Assembly (NCBI GenBank): GCA_039794845.1 | Contig: JAUQVK010000081.1 | Span: 1 to 45,214, forward strand | From: Thermostichus sp. DRC_bins_24 | GTDB taxonomy: Bacteria > Cyanobacteriota > Cyanobacteriia > Thermostichales > Thermostichaceae | Length of the DNA: 45,214 nucleotides | Reading direction: 5' to 3' | In this document: positions 38,892 through 45,214 of the stretch, piece after piece | Position numbering within the stretch: the first letter of the stretch is position 1 | Layout: every line of letters begins with the position of its first letter | The notes under the pieces: generated by a model | Told to the model about the DNA's origin: nothing | Seen by the model: only the letters and a program-made list of their open reading frames with translations | Databases searched by the model: none | Position numbers and translations under genes: made by a program

Positions 38892-41800
38892 TTACGATGA
38901 CACCACTACCGCCTGTGACTGCACGGGATTCGTAAGCTCGGTGCCCTCTTCGGAAGGGGGGATCACCTGCCAAAACTGGGGCAAATAGCACTCCCAATCC
39001 TGCAGGATGCGCTCCGCTTTCGGGGAATTGGTAAGGCGATAGTGCTCTTGGATCAACCCCTTCAGTTGGGCCTCGGCTGCCGCCGTCTGCACCCGTTGGA
39101 TGCGCACGATCTCCCCATTCACTTTGGCGGGGAAGTTGCCCTGTTCATCCAGCACATAGGCCAGACCCCCCGTCATACCCGCCCCCAGGTTGCGACCCAC
39201 CCGGCCCAGCACCACCACCACGCCGCCGGTCATGTACTCGCAGCAATGGTCGCCAGAGCCTTCGATCACCGCCTGAGCACCGGAGTTGCGCACCCCGAAG
39301 CGTTCCCCCGCCTGCCCATTGGCAAACAGATAGCCCCCCGTCGCCCCGTACAGGCAGGTGTTACCCAAAATCACGTTTTGCGAGGGATCCCGTTGCGCTT
39401 CCACAGGCGCCAGAAGGACGATCTCGCCGCCACACATGCTCTTGCCCACGTAGTCGTTGGCTTCCCCCGTCAGGGTGAGGCGCATTCCCGCCAGGGTAAA
39501 AGCCCCAAAACTCTGGCCGGCACTGCCCCTGAAACGCAGATCCAAGCGGCCCCCCTGTTGGGCAAACCCTGTATCTCCATACAAACGGGCAATCGCTCCG
39601 GCAATCCGCCCCCCCACGCAGCGATCGGTATTGACGATCGGAGTCTCTACCGTTGCCGTGCCACAGGTGTCCAAAGCCTTCTGAACCTCCGGCTTGGCCA
39701 GGATCTCCTCATCCAGCACCAGCCCATTGGAGTGCACCGCCTCATGCTCCAGCCAGTCGGGGAGAGAAGCCGTCGCCGTTGAGCCACTCTGCAACAGACA
39801 ACTCAAATCCAGGGATCCCGTTTTTTCCAGAACTGCATCGGCACGAGGTTGCAGCAGATCCCCCCGCCCAATCACCTCCTTCAGGGAGCGATACCCCAAC
39901 TGTGCCAAGATCTGACGCACCTCATCGGCCACAAAGGCAAAGAACGTCACCACATGGTCGGGAGTGCCGGGGAAGCGTTTGCGCAACTCCTCCTTTTGGC
40001 TGGTCACCCCCACGGGGCAATTGTTGGTGTGGCAAACCCGCGCCATAATGCAACCTTCAGCAATCATGGCCACAGTGCCAAAGCCAAACTCCTCCGCCCC
40101 CAGCATCGCCGCCATCACCACTTCCCAGCCGGTGCGGATGCCGCCATCCACCCGCAAAATCGAGCGATGCCGCAGACCATTGTCTAGGAGGGCTCTGTGC
40201 ACCTCCACCAATCCCAGCTCCCAGGGCACCCCGGCGTGCTTGATGGAACTCAAGGGGGAAGCCCCCGTGCCCCCTTCGTGGCCGGAGATTTGGATGATAT
40301 CGGCGTTGGCTTTGGCTACTCCTGCCGCGACCGTGCCGATGCCAATTTCCGATACCAGCTTTACCGATACCTTGGCCTGGGGGTTGACCTGGTGCAGGTC
40401 GAAGATCAGCTGGGCCAGATCCTCAATGGAGTAAATGTCGTGGTGGGGAGGCGGCGAGATCAGGGTTACCCCCGGCTTGGACCGACGCAGCTTGGCAATG
40501 TAGGAGCTGACCTTTTTGCCCGGCAGTTGTCCCCCTTCCCCCGGTTTAGCCCCCTGGGCCACTTTGATCTCAATTTGTTGGGCGTTGATCAGGTATTCCG
40601 GCGTCACCCCGAAGCGACCGGAAGCCACCTGTTTGATGGCGGAGCTGGCATTGTCTCCCGGCTGCAGACCCTTCAGATGCGGGAACCGTAGTGAAGTACC
40701 GTCGGCAGTGACATCGGTGATGATCAAATAGCGTTCCGGGTCTTCCCCCCCTTCGCCGGAGTTGGACTTACCGCCAATGCGGTTCATGGCAATGGCCAGG
40801 GTTTCGTGGGCCTCGCGGCTGAGGGCCCCCAGAGACATACCGCCCGTGGCAAAGCGCTTAAAAATCTCAGTCGCCGGTTCCACCTCCTCCAGGGGAATGG
40901 GATCCCGGTCGCTCTGGAAGTCCAGCAAATCCCGCAGAGCAGTGGGAGTGCGACCCCGCAAATGGGCCCTGTAGGTTTCGTAGTGGGAGGGCTGGCCGGA
41001 TTCGATGGCTTTGTGCAGCAGCTTGGCCATCTCTGGGCTGTTGATGTGGTATTCCCCTTTGGGTCGGGCTTGAATAAAGCCAAAGTTCTCCAGCTTCTTC
41101 AGGCTCAGCTCCGGAAAGGCCCGCTGGTGGTTCAGCATCCCCTCCCGGGCCAGATCCGCCAGGGTCATGCCCCCCACCCGCGAGACGGTACCCCGGAAGG
41201 CCAGCTCGATCACCTCCTGACTGAGGCCAATCGCCTCAAAAATTTGCGCCCCATGATAGCTAGACAGCAGGGAAATGCCCATTTTGGAGAGGATTTTCAA
41301 CAATCCTGCCTCGATTCCGGCTCGGTACTTCAGTTGCACCTCCGCCAGCGAAAGCTGGGGCAATTTGCCGGATCCCATCTGGGTTTGGGTTTTGGGTTTG
41401 TGCCACCACTGCCGCACCGACTCATAGGCCAAATAGGGACAAATGGCACTGGCCCCGTAGCCGATCAGGCAGGCAAAGTGATGGGTGCTCCAGCATTGGG
41501 CAGTTTCCACCACCAGAGAGGTTTTCAAGCGCAGACCCTGCTGGATCAGGTGATGGTGAATGGCTCCCACCGCCAGGAGAGGGGGCACCAAGGCCTGCTC
41601 CGCATTCAAGCCCCGATCCGAAAGAATCAGAATTTCCGCCCCCGCTTGTACCGCCGCCACCGCCTCCGCGCAGAGGGATCCCAGCCGCGCCCGTAACCCC
41701 TCCGGGCCGGCCGCCACCGGGTAAAGAATCGAGAGGGTTTGGCAGGGGAAGGGGGTGTGTTGGAGGGCGGCCAACTCGGCTTCGTTGAGCACCGGGCTGC

Positions 41801-43487
41801 GCAACTGCAACAGGCGGGCATTTTCCGGGCGGATCTCCAGCAGGTTACCCTTGGATCCCAGATACACATCCAAGGACATCACCAAACTTTCCCGCAGCGG
41901 ATCGATGGCGGGGTTGGTTACCTGGGCAAAGCGTTGCTTGAAGTAGTCGTAGAGGGGATGGGGCTGGGTGGAGAGCACCGCCAGCGGCGCATCATCCCCC
42001 ATGCTGAAGGTGGGTTCCTTGCCCGTTGCCGCCATCTCCTCGAGGATCATCTCCACATCTTCCAGGGAATAGCCGAAGGCGGTTTGAGCCTGCAGCAGTT
42101 GCTCCTCCGAAAGGTGGGCGGTGTCTTCAAAGCCCTGGGCACTGAGGGTGATGCGGTGGGCTTTCAGCCAGTCGCCGTAGGGGTGCTGGGCGGCCACTTG
42201 CGTTTTAATTTCCCAGTTCTTGCACAGTTGCCCGCTCTGCAGATCCACCGTCAACATTTGCCCCGGCCCCAGCCGTCCTTTTTCCAGGATCTCCGCCTCC
42301 GGCAATTGCACCACCCCGGCTTCTGAGCCGACGGCGATCAGCCCATCCCGGGTTACCGCGTAGCGAGCCGGACGCAGGCCGTTGCGATCCAAGGTGGCGC
42401 CGATGGTTTTGCCATCGCAGAACACCACCATCGCCGGGCCATCCCACGGCTCCTGTAGCCCGCCAAAGAACTCGTAAAAGTCCACCACCTCCGGGTGTTC
42501 CTGCAGTTCCGGCTGGTGGCGATAGGCCTCCGGGATCAGCACCATCATCGCCTGCTGGGTGGAGTAGCCCGATTCGATCAACAGTTCGAACACCGCATCC
42601 AGACCGGCTGAGTCGCTGGTACCGGGGTCGATAATCGGCTTCAGGTCTTCCACCTCCTCCCCCCAAATCGGGTGGGAAAGGGTTTGCTGACGGGCGGCCA
42701 TCCAGTTGACATTGCCCAGGTAGGTGTTGATCTCACCGTTGTGACAGAGGTAGCGGAAGGGCTGGGCCAGCGGCCAACGGGGCAAGGTGTTGGTGCTGAA
42801 GCGCCGGTGGTAGGTGGCGTAGGCGGTGGTGTAAAGGGGGTTTTGCAAATCCCGATAAAACTGCCCCAAGACCGCCGATTGCACCATGCCCTTGTAGACG
42901 ATCACCCGGCAGGACAAAGAGGCAAAGTACAGGGAATAAAAACCAAACTGGGCCTCCACCCGTCGCCGGATCCGCCGCCGCAGCAGGTACAGTTGGTGTT
43001 CCAGGGCATCGCCCTTCAATTGGGGGTGGGTGAGGATCAACTGCCAGATGGAGGGCATGGTCTGCCGCGCCATCAGCCCCAGTCGGGCGGGATCCACCGG
43101 CACCGGTCGCCAAGCCAGCCGCCGCCACTCGGTGGTGGCCAGATAGCCATCGATCCGATCCCGAACCGCTTGAGATTCCCCCTCTTCCTGAGGCAGAAAC
43201 ACCATGCCCACCGCGCTGTGGTCTGGATCCAGGGATCCCACTTCCGCCTGAATCAACGGCCAAGGGATTGCTGTGGTAATGCCCGCCCCATCGCCGGTTT
43301 CGTTATCACCCCCACAGCCCCCCCGATGCTCCATACAGGTGAGGGCCGTCAGGGTTTGTTGCAGCAACTCGTGGCTGGCGCGCCCCCGCTGATCCACCAA
43401 GAACCCCACCCCGCAGGCATCCCGCTCCTGAACGTGCCAGCTTTCGTCGAGAATAGGGGCTGCAGGCTGAGAATGATGAGGGTGCAT
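38892..43487 (-). CDS. gltB: ferredoxin-dependent glutamate synthase (large-subunit type)
   Basis: ERDACGVG (GATase Cys1), HRRFSTNT, SNSGEGGE, KVAQGAKPGEGGQL, CIMARVCHTNNCP Fe-S motif and GXGXG domain. No gltD adjacent. ATG 43487 chosen. Confidence 0.96.
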   Translation of the reverse strand: MHPHHSQPAAPILDESWHVQERDACGVGFLVDQRGRASHELLQQTLTALTCMEHRGGCGGDNETGDGAGITTAIPWPLIQAEVGSLDPDHSAVGMVFLPQEEGESQAVRDRIDGYLATTEWRRLAWRPVPVDPARLGLMARQTMPSIWQLILTHPQLKGDALEHQLYLLRRRIRRRVEAQFGFYSLYFASLSCRVIVYKGMVQSAVLGQFYRDLQNPLYTTAYATYHRRFSTNTLPRWPLAQPFRYLCHNGEINTYLGNVNWMAARQQTLSHPIWGEEVEDLKPIIDPGTSDSAGLDAVFELLIESGYSTQQAMMVLIPEAYRHQPELQEHPEVVDFYEFFGGLQEPWDGPAMVVFCDGKTIGATLDRNGLRPARYAVTRDGLIAVGSEAGVVQLPEAEILEKGRLGPGQMLTVDLQSGQLCKNWEIKTQVAAQHPYGDWLKAHRITLSAQGFEDTAHLSEEQLLQAQTAFGYSLEDVEMILEEMAATGKEPTFSMGDDAPLAVLSTQPHPLYDYFKQRFAQVTNPAIDPLRESLVMSLDVYLGSKGNLLEIRPENARLLQLRSPVLNEAELAALQHTPFPCQTLSILYPVAAGPEGLRARLGSLCAEAVAAVQAGAEILILSDRGLNAEQALVPPLLAVGAIHHHLIQQGLRLKTSLVVETAQCWSTHHFACLIGYGASAICPYLAYESVRQWWHKPKTQTQMGSGKLPQLSLAEVQLKYRAGIEAGLLKILSKMGISLLSSYHGAQIFEAIGLSQEVIELAFRGTVSRVGGMTLADLAREGMLNHQRAFPELSLKKLENFGFIQARPKGEYHINSPEMAKLLHKAIESGQPSHYETYRAHLRGRTPTALRDLLDFQSDRDPIPLEEVEPATEIFKRFATGGMSLGALSREAHETLAIAMNRIGGKSNSGEGGEDPERYLIITDVTADGTSLRFPHLKGLQPGDNASSAIKQVASGRFGVTPEYLINAQQIEIKVAQGAKPGEGGQLPGKKVSSYIAKLRRSKPGVTLISPPPHHDIYSIEDLAQLIFDLHQVNPQAKVSVKLVSEIGIGTVAAGVAKANADIIQISGHEGGTGASPLSSIKHAGVPWELGLVEVHRALLDNGLRHRSILRVDGGIRTGWEVVMAAMLGAEEFGFGTVAMIAEGCIMARVCHTNNCPVGVTSQKEELRKRFPGTPDHVVTFFAFVADEVRQILAQLGYRSLKEVIGRGDLLQPRADAVLEKTGSLDLSCLLQSGSTATASLPDWLEHEAVHSNGLVLDEEILAKPEVQKALDTCGTATVETPIVNTDRCVGGRIAGAIARLYGDTGFAQQGGRLDLRFRGSAGQSFGAFTLAGMRLTLTGEANDYVGKSMCGGEIVLLAPVEAQRDPSQNVILGNTCLYGATGGYLFANGQAGERFGVRNSGAQAVIEGSGDHCCEYMTGGVVVVLGRVGRNLGAGMTGGLAYVLDEQGNFPAKVNGEIVRIQRVQTAAAEAQLKGLIQEHYRLTNSPKAERILQDWECYLPQFWQVIPPSEEGTELTNPVQSQAVVVSS

Positions 43488-43703
43488 AGCAGTGAAAACA
43501 GTCTGGAATAAATCCACACCATTGGATGTGGAAAACCAGCATATCCCAATCCAAAGCAATGGGAAAAGGGGTCAACCCCAAGTCAGGGCTGGATTTTGCC
43601 AACACTGTAACGCAGTGTTTCTTTTTGAAGAGCTATGCCAAATAAGAGCCAAAAATGCTCATAGCGAACAGATTTTTTCAAGCTTTTCTCTCAACTCTTC
43701 TGC

Positions 43704-44786
43704 TCAGAAGAAATCCGAGAAAGTTTCCTGCAGATCCGAGAGGAGATCGTTAAAACAGGTGAGCTGGTCTCCGGTAGAGTCCACCATCGTCAGGTCAACC
43801 CGCCCCGTTGCGCCTTCCGCTCCGAGGAGGGGGACACTGAGACGGCTGGGATCGCTGGGGTTGCGGGAAACGCGAATCACGGAGCGGTCTCGGCCAAACT
43901 GGTAGGCTTCGGCCACGTAGCGGATCGGGCGGCTCAAGCCGGGATCCACCAGTAAGCTGGGAGCCGGGAGCAGATCCACCAGCTCGGTAAAGCTGCCACT
44001 TCTAAGGCCGACCACAGCCGCAGCCCCCAGCTGGTTGCAAATGGCGATGAACACAGGTTCTTGGTCGCTGGCAGCGAGGTTGGCCAAAGTGATGGTGACA
44101 GTGGCACGGCTGCCGGCAGGCGGATAAGTGACTTCAAAGGTGGAGCCAAAGGCATTGCCCAACTCATCGCGAGCCCGGAAGCGAAGCCTGCCCGTATAGG
44201 GCAGGATCGAAGAAAAATAGAGGCCGAAGCGATCGCTGGGACCACGTCCGGGGATGTTGGTCTGGCCAGGCACGTAGGCTAGAGCAGCCCGGGCTTGCCA
44301 ATTGTCGGGTGGAGCATAGGGCAGTAGTGGGCCACTGTCGATGCTGGGAGGTTCTTTGGGGGGCAGATCCGGCTGGCCATCCCCGTTCAGGTCGAGGCCG
44401 TTGCCCAAAAAGGCAACCGAGCGCTGCAACAGAATGGGGCGATTTTGGTTGTCGAGCAGGGGATCCTGTCCCTCTACCAGGCCGACATTGTCCACGTAGA
44501 CATTGAAGGGACGGTTGAGAATTTGATTATCCCGTTGCCGCCGAATGTTGAACTCCAAGTAGGCTCCCACGGCCCCTGCTGCGGTGGAGCCGCCGGTCAC
44601 TTGAAAATCATCCGCTCGCAGGAAGACATTTTCTAAAGGAGCCAGGGGAGTGGTTCCCTCGCCACAGCCTGCCAAACTCAGGAGCAGGGGCGATAAGACC
44701 AAGATGGGCCACCATTGCCTGAGGCTATTGCCTGTGCCGCCACGGCATAGATGCACGGGCCGGGAGGCACGCTTATGCTCTACCAT
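43704..44786 (-). CDS. hypothetical lipoprotein
   Basis: 360-aa ORF with a hydrophobic signal ending in an LAGC lipobox and a GAGGAG RBS upstream. Confidence 0.75.
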   Translation of the reverse strand: MVEHKRASRPVHLCRGGTGNSLRQWWPILVLSPLLLSLAGCGEGTTPLAPLENVFLRADDFQVTGGSTAAGAVGAYLEFNIRRQRDNQILNRPFNVYVDNVGLVEGQDPLLDNQNRPILLQRSVAFLGNGLDLNGDGQPDLPPKEPPSIDSGPLLPYAPPDNWQARAALAYVPGQTNIPGRGPSDRFGLYFSSILPYTGRLRFRARDELGNAFGSTFEVTYPPAGSRATVTITLANLAASDQEPVFIAICNQLGAAAVVGLRSGSFTELVDLLPAPSLLVDPGLSRPIRYVAEAYQFGRDRSVIRVSRNPSDPSRLSVPLLGAEGATGRVDLTMVDSTGDQLTCFNDLLSDLQETFSDFF

Positions 44787-44939
44787 TCATCTCCTCTCCA
44801 CAACAGACACCGTGGTGACGGTCTGACCCAGTTGACCTGCTTTTGAGGGGAGTCAAGAACCCACCCGCAACCCACCGGAGCCACCTGACCCACTATATCG
44901 CGATCGTGAGCCTGAGGTTGGCTCCCATCACCTCCTCAG

Positions 44940-45214
44940 CTAGGGCAGCAGGAGCCCCGCACCCTACCCTTTCGAGGAGGGGTCGGGAGGAATGCGCCGC
45001 CGGCAACAGGATGAAATAACACAAACCAACTCCTGACCATCTCTTGCAAGCTCAAGGTATCCGAATCGCAGGCCGCAAAACTGGATGCGACTCCGGAGGC
45101 GTTTGGGCAGGCGTTGAACTGGGTTAACCAGAACACACCCGAAAAGATGGTCAATGCCCTCAAGCTGCAATCCCTTTGCTACCACGAGATTCGCGCTCAC
45201 TTTGGCCTGTCGAG
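44940..45214 (+). mobile_element. IS200/IS605-family tnpB-only element, left end plus 5' tnpB, running off the window end
   Basis: Homologous to 1-203 in inverted orientation. Preceded by TCAG (44936-39), with a degenerate subterminal hairpin at 44956-44987. Confidence 0.8.
45024..45214 (+). pseudogene. tnpB: tnpB N-terminal fragment lacking RBS and start codon
   Basis: Frame reads NQLLTISCKLKVSESQAAKLDATPEAFGQALNWVNQNTPEKMVNALKLQSLCYHEIRAHFGLS. The AGTGGAGTGATG seen in the left copy is replaced by CACA, and there is an in-frame TGA just upstream. Confidence 0.72.

Larger units (their letters stand above)
1..45214. repeat. highly iterated palindrome GGGATCCC (HIP1 variant) dispersed throughout
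   Basis: Dozens of GGGATCCC/GGATCC copies in genes and spacers, while GCGATCGC is very rare (one noticed at 44229). Confidence 0.9.

Overview
This is a 45.2-kb chromosomal segment from a hot-spring cyanobacterium, most likely the Thermostichus / Yellowstone Synechococcus A-B' lineage. The assignment is inferred from cyanobacterial core genes and very dense GGGATCCC palindromes in place of canonical HIP1 GCGATCGC. Most of the window is housekeeping: mgdA-like GT2, hemC, purC, crtQ, dnaK-dnaJ, speA, hdrB-like, pyrC, lysA-cdaA-uppS, Fd-GOGAT and three tRNAs (Gly-GCC, Thr-GGT, Tyr-GTA). Both ends run outward into copies of the same tnpB-only IS200/IS605 element, so the window is probably a contig broken at repeats. 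Each copy has lost its translation start, and a TCAG target/TAM can be deduced from the left ends. The most notable items are: (1) a contiguous Hik34-like pseudokinase + sensor-less Hik2-like kinase + Rre1/Ycf29 cluster, with a K-box-like palindrome upstream of dnaK; (2) a 180-bp TA-flanked MITE whose removal restores the frame of a dead IS5 transposase, plus a diverged second family member with conserved hairpins; (3) a Pho-box-preceded stand-alone beta-propeller secreted protein paired with pstS. All family assignments come from motif recognition, not database searches.
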